The notes beneath the pieces were generated by a model that made no database searches, was not told the origin of the DNA, and saw only the letters and a list, made by a program, of their open reading frames with translations. Positions 1-14,729 of a stretch of 64,000 bases of DNA are shown piece by piece. The DNA is from Lama guanicoe (taxonomy: Eukaryota), in contig MU053513.1 in the NCBI GenBank assembly GCA_013239625.1, positions 3,578,303 to 3,642,302 of the forward strand. Reading direction: 5' to 3'. Numbering within the stretch: position 1 is the first letter of the stretch; each line of letters starts with the position of its first letter. Made by a program: the position numbers and the translations under genes.

Positions 1-3000
1 TGAGAAAGCGATTCCTATTAAGGACCAATCACAACCAGTCAGAGAGAGAGAGAGAGGCTGGGCAGGGGGACTGGCCCAGCCCTTTCCTGAGCATCGCTTT
101 AGGATGCAACCACTACCTTTCTGGACCTTGCATTCCTGGCCTCGCTCTAAAAATGACCTTTTGCATTAGTTCTTCTGAAGTAAGATTAGGATCCTTTTTT
201 TTTTTTTAATAGTAACACATGCTACCATTTTGGCTGTCTAGCCTATGCCAAACATCTTTCACGCTTCGTTTCCAGTCTTCATCACAACCTTGAGAGGCAA
301 GTACTAGTATCACTTTAAGTGTGAAGGAACTGGGGCTAGAGAAGTAACGGGCAAAAATAACATTCAGACTCCAGTCTTCTCACCAATAGCCTGTGGTTTT
401 TTTCTGTTCTTTTTTTCTTTCTTTTTTCTTTTTTGCTCTGCAAGAAGTGATTCCAGTGTCTATTTTTATTTTAAAGCCTTCTACAACTGAATAATTCTGT
501 TCTTTTTTTCTTGCTCTTTATGCTGCCTTTCAATGAACTTAAAAAATAGGTAAAAGGCAAAAAATTAAATGTGTAAAAGAAAAGCATACGCGAAATTTAG
601 GAGAAAAGAAAGCACAATGAATCCACACATGGATGACTTTCAGAGTCAGATTTTCCCACTTTAACTAAACCCTACTACAGTGTAGCTTAGTTGTTAAATT
701 AGCTTATCAGAAAGAACCCACCTAATTACTCTCAGTGTGACCATGTCCAGATCACCTGATTCTTAAAATCCTCCACTGTTCTTTGAGCCGAGGTGTGGTC
801 AGTAGGAAGTTGATTGCATGGATCATCCCTGGCCAATAAAGCCAGTAAAACCTCAGACACTTTCCCTTCTTGTACACAGTCAAGGGACATTTCTTAGAGG
901 CCAATAAAATCAAATAGAGGTAAAAGCATGAGAAAACTCGTTTCCTGAAGGAAACAGAAAAGGGACACTGAAAGGGTTGTTGGTGGCTGGATGTGAGGAT
1001 CTGGCAGTGAGACCCATCCTAGAGCATCCTTGCTCTGCTAGCTTCTGTCCAAGGTGCTGCTAACATAGGTGGTACATTGTAGTATAGCGTGGGTAGAACT
1101 GTGAGATCTGAGATGGGGGACAGTATTGGTCGTGGCACGTTCAGATCATTCAGAACACAGCACTGTTAGTCCTGGTAGGATTCATGCAGGGGCTGCTCCT
1201 ACCACGTCTTCACTCTCCAGGAGAATGATTGGGAGAGACTTTGCAGATCTAAAACAAGTTTCTTAATTAAGTTGGCCAGTCTATTTGACAGCCTTTGGGT
1301 TCCTGAGAAGATAATCATCTGTGCGGCCTCTTTCTCTTCACTGGGTCTCAGCCCGTTGGCTGCTGACAGCGTTCCTTTAAAGGGTAACGCTTCTGCACGT
1401 TTACAGACTTCAGGGCTCCACAGCTTTATTGACCATCTGCCACTTTCACACTGTTAGTTTTGCCCTTTCTCTCTGATTTCAGTTGTTCCAGTTTACAAAG
1501 TTCTTTACTGCTCATGTGTCTTTTTTTATTCAACCAACCACCCAATGCTTAATGACGTTCCTAGCGTGCCTCAGTGCGGGCGCCTGCAGGAGACGTGCAG
1601 GCGCCGTGGGGGCCCTTCCCGGGGTTGGGCTGCCCCTGCACGGTACTTTGCCTCCTCTCCACTGTGGCTTTCGTTTCACCTTCCACTTGGTTAGCACAGT
1701 TAGATTTACTCTGCTGTCTCAACTTTTGGACAAGTTGTGTTATAAAGAGTTACGAGGTAATAAAGATAAAAGTTTTAATAACCTGGAAAGGAAGCTGAAA
1801 TGGTATGAAAAAAAAAATGAACCCAATGGAACAGTGCTATTATTTGTAACACTTCCTACCATCAAATGCCTCCTGTTGTTGAGAAATGTACTTAGTATTT
1901 TGGGGGTTGCTTATATTTTTCAAATGAATCATTTGTGTATGTTTTTGTTGGTCTGCTGAGTTGAAGGGTACAACTGGCTCACTAAACTCTTCACATTACA
2001 TCTTCTTTACAAGAAAAAACTATTGAGATACTGGAACTTAAAATCACATTCCCTGCACTTGATGTAGAGAATGCATTTTTTTAAACGAAACAAAATCCCA
2101 TTTTTGACATCTTAATACTCATCTTTCATCTTCTTAGATATTCAAACCTCACAAAAACAGAAACCTTTTTTTCTACTGACTTGTCATTTTCGCTATCAGT
2201 AGAACTCTGACTCTTGTTATTACAAAGGACTTTGCTATGAAAAAGCATGATAGTGTATCAAATATTTAACACTATCTTAGGGGAATACTTCAAATGCAGA
2301 GTCAGAGTCTCTTTGTTGACCTATTCATGTAAAGCTGTAGACTGAGAGTTGTCAGTTTTATACAGTCAGTATTACAGTCTTTAGAAACACAACAAGCTTA
2401 TGCTTAGAAGATGGCAAAGTAAATTATCCAGAATCTTTACACAATGAGATGTGTTAAAACTCCTTCTGTATTCTGGGACGTGGTCCCAAACCTTTGCAGT
2501 GCCTGATTACTTCCAGAAGTGGAAAGAAAGCGACACATACCAAAGCCAAGTTCAAATTCTCCAGGGAAGTACGGGCTTCCAGCAAAGCAACACCTTTCCT
2601 AGCCACTTGATGGTGTCTTTTCTCCTTATACCCTGAGCAACAAACCATAGGAAACTAATGGTGTTTTAAATGGAAAACAGCAGTTCATTAGAATTGGTTA
2701 ATAGGTTCTTGGCAAAATTTCAACTTAATGGATATGCGAGTGTATCTGTGTGTGCTCAGCAAGGTGTGTCCCAAGCTTTCTAATGCTGTCACTCAGTACT
2801 ATCAATTTACTTTGACAGCTAGTAAACAGATAAGAGTGTCCTGGGAGTGAGGAGTGTGGAGCCCATAGCAATTTCCAAAAGAGGCAGGGCAAAGAGAGCC
2901 AGGCACATATTAACACGGCAAACATTGAACTTCTCTGCTTCTGTATTCTTAAATGGAATGTTAGTAACCCAGCAAAACGTGATGCGAAAACCTCATTTCT

Positions 3001-3828
3001 AAAAATCCTTCACTGATAGACCTTAGTTAGGAATTTAGGATTAAACATAAATTAAAATATACATTTTAAGGGAAATAACCAATGACCAAGCAATATTTCA
3101 AAGGTATTAGCTCCCTTGCTTTGTGTTAGATCAGTACTTCTGTTGGCTACAGCTGAGTTGGTGGAAGATTCATGTAACAAGCAGACAACTGCCTAATTTA
3201 GTTCTACCAGCCTTAGGACAATGCAGGAGGAGGCGTTTGTATCTCCTTGTTTGCTGAGGAAGCTTGACCTTACTAAACAGATTGCTAAGGATTGTTTTAT
3301 GGCGTATCTATGAAATTGCTCTATGTGTGAGAAGTTACTAGAGGTGTTCATTCCACAGAGAGTACTGTAGCTTTCTGCTTTCTTTTGGGAAGTGGGAATA
3401 ATACAGCCCGCAGCAGAGATGCTCTTTTCTAATCCTTGCAAAAGATACATTTGAGGAAAGAACCAGGTTTTAATGCCAATGAGTGGAAGTAGCTTGAGCC
3501 TTGAGAATTTTGGTGCAGAGAAAAATGGAAGGAAGTTTTCCTCTGGAGGAGGGTGCTTTTTTTTTTTTTAAGCACATGAAGGCAGCAGGAATGGAAGAGA
3601 GCTGGTTTCTGTTCAGTCCGAGTCTATAACAGAAAGCAGCTGCGAGTGGTGGAAACAGCACCAGACCTAGAGTCAAAATGTGGGACCAAGTTCTAGATTG
3701 GTCATTCGATCATCCTGCTTCGTGGGAAGATTCACGTCACCCTTGCCAGCAAACGGAACAGACAGGTCCTCCCTCATACACTCAAGGTGTTATACAACCA
3801 CCAAGCATTCTAATAGCTTCATTTGTAA

Positions 3829-4055
3829 TTAATTAATTAATTACTTTTTATTGAAGTGCAGTTAGTTTACAATGCTGTGTCAGTTTCTGGTGTACAGCCT
3901 GATGTTTTAGTCATATGTATACACACATACATTCGTTTTCATATTTTTTTCATTACAGGTTACTGCAAGATATTGAATATATTCCCTGAGCTATACAGCA
4001 CAAATGTGTTGTTTATCTGTTTTATATATAGTAGTTAGTATCTGCAAATCTCGAA
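3829..4055 (-). mobile_element. Short LINE-1 3'-end fragment
   Basis: tttttattgaagtgcagttagtttacaatg... L1 3'UTR with a (TTAA)n-degraded tail. TSD cttcatttgtaa (3817-3828) / cttcatgtgtaa (4056-4067). Confidence 0.85.
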
Positions 4056-6059
4056 CTTCATGTGTAAAACTTGCTCCACACTCAAAATCCTATTTCCAGT
4101 TCTGTTTCTGTTAGTGGCATCAACATTTCCCCCAGCCAAAGCATCTCTTGTTGTGTGTGGTATCAGTTGATTTGGGATAATTTTCCTAAACTGATGTTTA
4201 CTTAAGTTTTTATCTAACCAGTATGTTGAAGGGGAACAAAGCGAGCTTGTCAAAAGATAACTGTACTTCCATGTGTTGCACAGTTATTCACTGAAGGCCT
4301 GCGAAGGGCAAAACACTGTGCTCTGTACTCTGGGCAGTGGGCTGAGGACATGAGTAAGGCTGTCTCCTGGTCCTCTGTGAGCTGACAGCCTCAGGAAGGG
4401 TTCAGATGTGTCATAACTAACCCTGATACAAAGCATAGCTCTTGGAAGTACTGTCGGGTCACTCTGTGACCTGAAGTCACAGCAGTGTTCAGGCCAGAAA
4501 GGTCATTCACTTTCCCACACATGTCCAAATTTTACATCACGTCACTCTGGATGAAGAGCCCATCCTCCTTTTTCCCACACACACACATTCACTCACACCA
4601 AATTCTCTTTGGCCAAATATTTCCTGAAGTTAGTAATTTTATTGAATACCTGAGGCTGTCATAGGATACGACCACAACATATGATCACATCTTGTGGCAT
4701 TCCTCTCCTTGTCACCTGGATAGCAGTTCCTTGACGATCCTTAATATAAGACCGACACTTCAAGTGGCCCATCCAAGTACTTTTTCCCAAATGAGTAACA
4801 GTGTTCATCTAAAGAAAATTTCACTTTCATGTCCTATAAGATTTTATGATTTGTAAACAAAGTTTATATAACACAAGGTTTTTTTCCCACCTACCCATTT
4901 TCCTTTCTCCTATTATGTTTTGGTCCCCCGTAGGAAAGCAGCAGTGAGCTAATGACATATATAAAATGAATAACCAGCAGTCGGCCCTTCAGGAGCTGTG
5001 TACAAAATGGTGATCTTAATGAAAGAAGAGGAAAGACTAGGTAAATTTCTCAGACCACTACAGCACCACTGAGAACAATTCTGAAATAGTGTCTCTGTGC
5101 AGTCAGCAAAGTGAACCACAGCACACAACAGTGCAGTAGGTCACTGGCACCCTCTTTCTGTTGAAAGAAAAATTAAAATGAGAGGAATAACTGGGCTGTC
5201 ATCTATTAATTTTTTGTGCATATGGTTAATGACCTACATTAAATCTCTAACCTATCTGTATACTTGTATAAATAGATTAAGAAGCAATTTATTTATTTCC
5301 TCCTCAAGTTTGCCATCCTTGAGCCAAATAGGGTATCTTAAAGATGATGGTGGTTGTGCTAAAGCACCCATAGGGTCGTAAGTTCTAGATCATTTTGTCT
5401 TTGCTAATAAAAATGATATAGAATGATTTAGTAATACATAGGTATATTTTTATACTAACAGCGTATGGTTCCCATTTTAAAGCTCTTTTTTGGTGAGTAA
5501 TTGTTCTGAAAGGACAGTATTTGAAGTGGACCCTTCAATTTCCCTTCTGAAACAGTACAGTTATATTAAATTCCAAAGAGATCATTTCTTAAATGTCTAA
5601 ATAATTGCTCTTCTCATTTTTGTGGAATTCATAAATTTACTCTGCAGCCATTATCAAGTATGGCTTATAACATGCAGGTGTCAGAGAAGACACTTCTAAG
5701 GCCATGGGGTGTTTTGACACTCCAACAAGGGGCTATGAAGTCTTCCACTTCACAGAGAGCAATAAAGCAAAGAAAGAGAGTAGAAATTTTCACCTTGATT
5801 AGGCTTGCATTTTGTAGATTCCTTTATAAGCCAGCCTGTACAACTATCAAGATATAGTTATTGAGAAAACAGTATTTAATTTATCAACAAAAAAGTATTT
5901 ACTTTTACTGAGTGAAGAACACTATACACACCAAAATAATCTGAAAACTTAGAGGCTCTACTCAAAGCCCTCGAAGGCTGAGAAGTTGAGGAACGGATAC
6001 TGAAAACTTGGTCAAACCCAGGATTTATGTCTCTGTGGACAGCAGCTAGTTGTCTTGTG

Positions 6060-7600
6060 CTTTCTTATTTATCTAAATTGACAGTTTCTGTCTTTTCACT
6101 GAAGTGTTTGTAGACAATTCACATTTAATCTAATTATCAATAGAGTTGAGTTTAAGCCCGGAATCTTGTATTTGTCCCATCTGTTCTATCCTTCTTTTCT
6201 TTTCTTTTCTTTCCTTCTTTCAATGGGATAGTTTTAATTTTTCCATTTTATGGCCAACGATGCTTTAACACCCCTGAAGTCTGCACGCTCTCCTCTCCCC
6301 TGCCCTGCCGTGGGCCAGCTGTCTAGTAAATTGCTGTATTTGGCAACCCCTTCCTGTCCTCAAATACACCTGTGTGCAGTCTTGTGAAATGAGTTTGGGA
6401 TGCTTATGTTCTTAGAGTTATACAAATGACATGCTGTAGAAATACTTTAATACTTTACGTACTTTAATATACTTAGAGTATATTTTAAAATACCTTAATA
6501 TTCCTGTCTGTTTTATTTTTTAGTGGTTGCTCTAGGGTTTATAGTACACATCTTTAACTTATGATAGTCTGCTTTCAAATAATATTATACCACTCCATAT
6601 ATATGGTAAGAATCTCATAGTTGCTCCATCACCCCCTTCCTCTCCTTGGTCTGATTATTGTCACGAATTTCGATTCCTTGTGTGTTACGAAGTCCACGAT
6701 ACACTGCTGTTATTTTTGCTTTAAGCAGTCTGTGATCAATTTAAAAGATTAAAGGTGAGAAAATGTTTTGATATTTACCCATATACATATGTACACCACT
6801 GCTGTTGCTCTTACTCCTTGTGTAGATTCACCGTTTTATCTTGTACCAGTTTCCTTCTGCCTAGAGAACTTCCTTTAGCATAACATACGGATCTGGCAAT
6901 GGATTCTTTCACCTTTTGCTTGTCTGAAAAAAGTCTTTATCTTCATTTTTTGAAAGATTTTCGTCTGGATATAGAATTTCTTGCCAACAGTACTTTCCCA
7001 CCCGCCTTCAGCACTTTAAAGATGTCATTCATTGTCTTTGATAAAAAGTCTCTGCCATTCAGGCTCATCTTTCTTACTCTGAACTTTCTCTGGCTGATGT
7101 TAAGGCTTTATTTTCTATTTTGCTATTCCTCCTCCATTTGACTACGATGTTCCCTGGTGTGGTTTTCTTCATGTTTGTTCTGCCTGCAGTTTGTTGAGAT
7201 GCTTAACTCTGTGGGCTTATCAAATTGGGAAACATTTCATTTGTTATTTTTTCGTATGCTTTTCTGTCCCTCTCCCCCTTTGTGGAACTCTGGTTATGTA
7301 TGTATCAGACCAGTTGACACTGTGATATTCTTGATATTCTGCCCACACATTTTAGGCATCTCTGCCTTTTCAAACTCTGATCTCAGTGAAGCCACTGGGC
7401 TGTTGGGCTTCCTCCTCTAGAGGTGCTGTGGCCTGGACATGCTTCCAGGTGGTAATGTGGGGCAACCATAGGGTTCACCTGGTGTGCTTCCTTTCTCCAG
7501 AGATCACAGTCCCGTTCTGAACACTTCTTTTAAATTTTTGTTCTGATTTCCTGTTTATATAGGGCAGGAAGGCAATTACTCCTTCATGGCTAAAAGTTCA
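6060..7600 (-). mobile_element. Ancient L1 (L1MC/MD/ME-type) 5'/ORF1 region fragments
   Basis: T-rich text such as ttccttctgcctagagaacttcctttagca...ttgtctgaaaaaagtctttatcttcattttttgaaagattttcg...ttcagcactttaaagatgtcattc. ORFs 6899 and 7157 are antisense by-products. Confidence 0.75.
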
Positions 7601-7699
7601 CCCTGCTTTATTTTTAACCAATTCATAAAATTATTTTAAATAACTGATTTTTTTCATAATACAAATTAGAATATATGAACATCATGAACAACATGTATT

Positions 7700-8612
7700 G
7701 CATTTAGGATAAAATCCTGAGTTTTTTCTCCGACTTGGAGCCCTGCATGATCTGGCCTCTTCTTTCTGTTGTAAGTGCACTCTTTGCTACTCTTCCCTTC
7801 ACTCAAACCCTCCGTGTACAACCGTGTACCTAGTGGTCCAGTCCAGAAACACAGACCTCATCATGAGCTCCTCTTTCCCCCTCCTCGTAACTGTGCTCAG
7901 ATTCTATCACTTTAACCAATCAAATGCCTTGGTGTCAATCTGTTTCTCTACATCTCCACTGGCATCTTCTTCGGCTGGGCTACCATCATCTCTCACCTAG
8001 AACACTGCCCTGGTCCCCTTGCTGGTCTCCGTGCATCATCCTTATTTCCCAACATTCATCTTCCATGCTGAAGCCAGACTAATCTTTGAAAAACACACAG
8101 TACTCCTCTGCCTAGAGCTCTGCAGTGGCTTCCCACTGATGTCACATTAGAGATAAAAAAATCCTAGTCTACAAGTCCCTATGTAGAGTCTTCCACCTAT
8201 TGTTTCAGTGTTCTCCCTTTTGCTTTTTTCCTTCTTTCTAGTTATGCTGGACTTTTACCAGGTCTTGAAATGTGCATGCTTCCTCGTAGGCTTCATGTGT
8301 GCTGTTCCCTCTGCTTTGAATATCCTCCTAGAGTTCAGTCTATTTAATTCCTGCCTCTCAACACTTAACACAAGCCTCTCTTAACTCTCAGATGGGTTTC
8401 CTTGCTTTCTGCTTTTCTAGTACCTGATCCTTCTTCTTTATGGCACCCCAACACAACTGTAACCCGAGAATTAATTGTAAGTTGGTTGGTCATGTTCTTC
8501 TCTTACGAAAACGTGAGCTTCATGAGAGCAAGGCTCTGTCTGTCTTCTTCTTTGTTGGCTCTGGTGCCTTGCACAGTGTTTTGAATAAAGTAGGTACTCA
8601 GTAAACATTTTT
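7700..8612 (+). mobile_element. LINE-2 3' region
   Basis: taccatcatctctcacctaga...cagtggcttccc...gtgagcttcatgagagcaagg...gtaggtactcagtaaacattt. Confidence 0.8.
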
Positions 8613-11600
8613 GGACTGAAAGATCCTTTGAAAAATTGCTGGTGCAGTCCTACCTTCACAGAGAGGAAAAGGCGTCCAAGACAAAAAGCCCAAGCTGGTG
8701 TAGCAAGTTCAAACCCAATGTTGACCAAGTCGGTGGTCAACAAGACTGTGATTTACAGAAGAGGGTAGTGGAGATCCCGGACAATTAGGCAAAGCATGGA
8801 CATCCTGAGCACAGGATGTTTTTGATAACTCTGTATGTTTTGGTCAAAAGCCAGGAGGGCAAAGAGAGTAATGAATCAAGATAAGATGCCCTGGATGAAA
8901 AGATGCTGATAGAAAAAAGGTGAAAGAATCAGGATTCCTCCTGATTGCTGGGCTCTGTTATCCACATTCAGAACTGGTGGCATCGGAGACGGAGCACAAA
9001 AGAAACACTAAGACAACAGACAAGGGAAGAAAAGTAAGCCACGTACCACTGAAAGTTTAGGAGGGGAGAACCTCCAGCTCATGTAGGATGTCTGAGATGC
9101 TGTTTATCGCTAGCTGTGTATGGATTTTTGGCGTGTGACAACAGAGTATTCTCAGAATCAACCTGCCAACCTGCTAATGGAAAATAAATCAATAAGAAAA
9201 ATACCACTGGGCATGGGTCATATTAACCCAGAGACCTGGCTAAGAGTAAAATTGGTAATTTGTGGGTAGCAGATTTTATTGTGGGGTATTCTGCTGGGTT
9301 CAGAACAGGAAGAAACGGTCTCAGATACCTGTGCTTCACAGGTTAAGTGAATACGGTAATAAAGGAAGTTGTAGGACCTGTAAATTTTATAATCCAGTTG
9401 ATCAGTAAATATTTATTGAGTACCTCCTATGTGCCAAGAACTAGTGATTCCATGGTAATCCAGACAGACCTCAAATAAATATACTAGGTCTTGGATAATA
9501 GAAAAATTGGTGTCAAATTTTATAAATATTGTAATAGTCTAAGTGCACAAAGGAATTTTACTTATAACAAAGACATCAGCAAAAGTTGTCTTGTGCTGGG
9601 CCTATGGTCTGCTCAAGATTTACGGATGCAGAAAATATTGTAACAGAGGAAGAAGACAGAATAACAGACTCTAAAGTGTATATATTTGTGCGTATGACAA
9701 TTATCACAACTGTTAATTTCTGTGTTGACACCAGGGGAGAAATTCTGGGAAAACATTTCCTGCTTGTGGCTTGCTTGATGGAGACTTCTATTTCAGGGAT
9801 AGGAATAGATTTCACTCTAAATGCCAACTTCGATTTAATAAGTTGCTCCCTGCAGTCCTGTGTTGAGAAGGAGTCTGAGGCTGTGTCTAGGCTTAAGGTA
9901 TAGGACACTGTGATTGAGATATTTGACATAAGCCAAGGATGTAGTTAGGGAAGCTCTCATGTCACAAGTTGGTTCTCCTTGTTCTAAGTGGTAACAGAAT
10001 CTACTTTTTTTCCCCCTCCTCAGTAATTGAAACATTATTTAATTTATTTATTCAACATTTATTGAATGCTTAGGTGTGCCTGGCACTGTGCTATGCACTG
10101 GAGCTACCAGGATAAAAGGACATAACACTCGTACTTACAGAATTTACAGACAAATAAAACAATTACAATATCATTGCATTAAAAATGTCATGTCTCTGTG
10201 TTTGAGCAGTATTTTGAAATGGTACATTTTCTATTTTCCTCTCATCAAATCCTGCTGAAAAAAATCTGCTCAGTTTAATTAAATACTGAAGGCAGACTGA
10301 ACACTGTCATTCTCAACTCCTTTGGAATTCGAGATGAGAAATCTTGCATAAAGTTCATAAATCATCGTGAACGTCATCCAATAGGGAGTATTTTCATCTG
10401 AGGATATGGACTACTTGGAACTCACAGTTGTATTTTGGCACATTGTCTAAACTTCTGTGGCAACGACAGCAATAATAAAGTGTATCATTGTGGTGTGGCA
10501 GCTGCTTAGGATAAAGATGGAAAAATGTCACAGAAAAAAGTCCTATTTAGCATGTGTCTGTGCATATGTAATAACCTCTCTCTTCTTGTCTTTATTTTCC
10601 TCTTTCCAACCTTCCCCCCGCATCTCCCCCTGCTGGGTCATAGCAGAATTTTCTTGTTTTTCCTTTACGATCATGGTTCTGTTCCCTTGTATGTGGTATT
10701 GGATTCGGTTATGGGTCAATGACTGCGGAAGAGAGAAGTCCTCATTTTCTCCTTTTGCTACTGTCCAATCCTTTCCTTATCTTCAGTCGTCACGTACTCG
10801 GTAGCTCATGCTTATTCAGCGTGTATCCTTTTTCTTCACTTTGCCCACTACCTGCCCTGAACGATGGCTGTTGTTTTGCCTCTGACCTTTACATCGGGGG
10901 ATGTAATTGGACAGTCTCCAAAGGCAGATGAATCCATGTGAAGTGATCTTTAGACTAACCTTCAGATGTCTCTTGGAGGTTGGGAAATTGACTAGTATCT
11001 TGGCATCAGATACATTTTCCCAACCCACTTCATGAGCCATATTTAGTTCTAACTGCCTCATAGCACTTGAGATTTTCTTCCTCTTCAGCTCTTTCTAAAG
11101 ATGCTTAAGGTAATGGGATGGAATGAGTTAGGCTTTTTGAGTGCCATTTCTTTATCTGTCTTTTGCTCTCTAGTTTCATGGACCTGGGTAAAACTCTGAC
11201 ATTGACTATGCTTCTGGCATTCAAATATGAGGTACACCATTATGCTACTAGTCCAGCTTGAATCCCCAAAGTTGCTAACTTCCAAACTCTGTATTTCAAA
11301 CATCTCACTCCCCCATGCCTTATAATGGTGACACCCTCATGTCCCATCACTGCCTCAAGAGTTATGGTAAAATCCTCCTCACTGGACTGCAGACTATTCA
11401 GGGATAGAGACGGGGTCTTGCTATTTCTTTGTGGCCCTAATGCCACACTACTAGCACAGAGCAGGTGCTCAAGAAATTTTGGTTGAATGGATAAGAACAA
11501 TTCAACACAATTTTAATTTAAAATAGTGTATAAATACAACAAGCACCATTCCCACAACCTCCCTCCCCCAAAACACAGTGTTGAAATTTGCAAAACCAAT

Positions 11601-12769
11601 GGTGTCGGTTTTTCACAAACTTTTGAGTATCATTTTCAAGTTTGTGATTCTACATGCAGTTGTTAGATTCTGTCTTCTACCCACGTCTTCTACCCAATTT
11701 CTGTCTTTCCTCCTTTTACCTGCCCCACCACACAGCGTTATGACATATTATAGAAGCTGATACAGAAAGAGATTGCACCTTTCCTCGTTCAAAGCTTAGT
11801 GCTGATCTGAACAAAGGAGGGGAATCCGAGAGGCATGGATTTAGTTAGAGTGACATTGCTTGAGGCGATATCACATGGATCTTCATTTAGTGGACCCTGG
11901 GTCTTTTTTGGGGGGGTTGGGGGCACAGAGGGATTTTTTTAAAAATCACAAATGAAAATATACAATAGTATAAGTTGGGAAATGTGACTAGCCTTATAAA
12001 TAGGTATAGCAGGTAATAAATTGCATAAAGAATTCAGAAATGGCATCATTATTGCCAAACCTATCCTTTTCTTTACCTCCCCTTGCCTGTCATCCATCAC
12101 CCGGATGCCACAATTTCTACAAGAAATTTGTGCTTTATTTTTCTCTCTTTGAGGATATCTTTTAAAATATGGTTCATATCGATATGGATGTGTTGCCCAA
12201 TTTCATTCTACAGTGTGTAGCACAATGCTAATCCACGCTACAATATTAAAGACATCTGTTAAGAGAGACTTTAAAAGTGAGGTACGTTATCTTTGAATAT
12301 CTGGAACAAAGACGGGTTAACTGGGGAGCACATTGAAAGAGAGGAACAGGTGGAAAAAAGTGAGTTCAAGAATCCTGGAAAAACATACGTTCGTGTGTCT
12401 GTATCTGTGGAAGGGGAGGTTCGTCATGGTGGCAAAAGCTCGCAGACAGTCAGGTGGATAAACACCGAAACAGCCTTGAGTGGAAGCTGCCTGGGCGTGA
12501 TTTTTAAAGGAGCATCGGAGGATCCTGCTGTCCGTAAATGTCAATAACCATCGATTGTGCTGCTGGGGTTTTGGAAGGGATACCAGTGGGCACATTTTGA
12601 GGAGCACCTGTTTTCAAAAAATATCAGTGATTTAAAAATAATCTCTTCTTTATCAATCATCTCTTCTTTTCATCTACCTAGTTTATTTTCACATGGCAGC
12701 ATCTGCCAGAGCTTCTGTTCTGTAAGGAAGGACATTAACGTTCATTCACTGAGTGTCTACTCTCTGACA

Positions 12770-12950
12770 GACACTGTGGTGAGCATTTTAATATCACGTC
12801 ATTTACTCCTTAGGACGTCCCTGGGATTGAGCACCCCCCCCCTTTTACAGATGAGGAAACAGACACAGCATGCTTGCCCCAGGCCACAGAGGGCGTGGGG
12901 GGCAGGGCTGAGCCAGGTCTCTCTGACACCACTGTGGCCTCGGCCACGCA
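12770..12950 (-). mobile_element. MIR
   Basis: ttttacagatgaggaaacagacacag...cttgccccaggccacagag core. Confidence 0.75.
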
Positions 12951-13379
12951 CAAAGCAGAGCTTGATCTCATCTGTATAAAGTGTATTTGTTTTCAGGCTA
13001 TGCACTTCTACATTCCATAAAACATCCACCGTTTCCAATTTCTAAAGTGTAGCATTCAGCTTCCTCTTCCCTGTAACCACTGTGCAGCCTTTGATTTCAT
13101 AGCCTTTGGTCATCTCCACCATCCTCTCTTTTTTCTCTCTGTGTGAAGCTCTTTATGTGTGGACCACATTTTCTGGCCCTTTCTCTCTTGATTTTGGGCT
13201 TTCCCTAACTCCACGACATTTTTCTTTAAATTGTGGCTACTCGGACTTGAAAAAAAAAAAAAGGTTACTGATGCATGGGATGGTGACTTTGTTTTGTTTC
13301 CAGTACCCGATCATGACACCCAGAATACTGATACCTTTTTGGACTCAGCAGCAGTTCTTTTTTTGGAAAACATAAAAGG

Positions 13380-13925
13380 TTACAGATGACACTCAGCAAC
13401 CTCAGGTCCATTTCCGACCTCAGGTGCTCGAGCATCTATTTCTAAAAGGGCTTCTAGGTGGGGGACAGTCAGGTGTGTCCATCTGCCCTCCCTCCTGCTT
13501 CTCCAGCCCTGGCTCCTATCACTCAGCCTCTCACCCAGGGTCCTCCCTCCGCGCTGGCCTTGTTTCAGCTCCTCATAGCTGCCAAGCCCCTTCCTGTCGC
13601 CGGCTCTTTGCCCGCGCTGTGCCCTTTGCCAAGACTGCCAGCCATCATGCCAGCTCTTATTCATCCTTTAAATTTTAGATTAGGTATTGTCCTCCTACCT
13701 TGTACTTCTCCTTCATAGCATTTCTGATGTCACACCTGCAACTAAACAATTATTGGTGTGTTGATTTGCTTAAGGTCTAGCATCCTGAAGTGTTATGGAT
13801 GACTTCAAGAGGGCAGGGGTTCCCTCTTGGATCCCTGGGTGGCCTAAGTGCCTAGCACAGTATTTGAGACCCAATAAGAGACTGATACATGCTTGCTAAT
13901 AAAGAAATAAATTAAGGAAGGAAGA
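13380..13925 (+). mobile_element. LINE-2 3' fragments
   Basis: cttcaagagggcagggg...gtgcctagcacagtatttgagac...aataa terminal pattern. Confidence 0.55.
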
Positions 13926-14729
13926 AATGAATAAGCCTGTGGACATAGTTGTGCCAATACCCTGGGTCCTGTTCTCTCCTTCAGTGAGGAGTTTACAACC
14001 AGCCTCTTTCTCAGATGATTTAGGCTTAGCATCACGTCTGTGTTGGGCTTGTAGACAGCCAGGTCTTTGTAGCGGGGGTCGGTGAAGCCAGGAGAGGGTG
14101 AGAAGTGAAGTCGGCTACAGAGGCTGACTGCCCGGGCAGCTGCCTGGGCCCTGCGGTACGTGAGCGTGCTAAGCCAGGCACAGCGCGGTTGGGAACAGCA
14201 GCCTGAGCATGTCTGACTTGGCAGGCAGAGTACGGCAGTGGCAATTCCAGCCACCAGAAGATACTGGAAATTCAGATAATCATGGCTCTGGGCTTTCTCT
14301 CTATTCATACGTCTCCAAGCCAGGAAGTTGTAGTCCTGAGAGCAGGATTCAGTCTTTGGGGCTGGCAGGAGTGAGGCAGCACCTCAGGGTCAAAGCCAGG
14401 CAGTGAGCTCAGGAAAAGACACAGAGCCCTGGGCGAAGAAGTGAAGGCAGAAGCCCAGGCCTTCCCATTGACAGGCTCATCCCTGTGGGCAAGCACAGGC
14501 AGCTCACGGGAATGCTAAAGCAGTTCACAGGTTCCAGGAGCTGGGACTCAGCCCTGGCACCTGGAGCCGGGGGGGGTGGACAGAAGTTAGGGACCTACTG
14601 AAGAATACCAGCCTTTGGGTTTAATTCCTGAATATTCTACTGACTGTGTATTACAGGTACTGAAAAATGGGCTCTGTGGGAAAGACCATGCACTTCCATT
14701 TCATTACCTAATTCTTTTAATTAAAATAA

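Noticed and set aside
1483..1959. Longest ORF (158 aa)
   Set aside because: TTG start, heterogeneous composition and no recognisable homology.
9576..9929. Overlapping ORFs on both strands (117 and 105 aa)
   Set aside because: No recognisable protein or exon structure, and non-ATG starts; compatible with chance in 64 kb.
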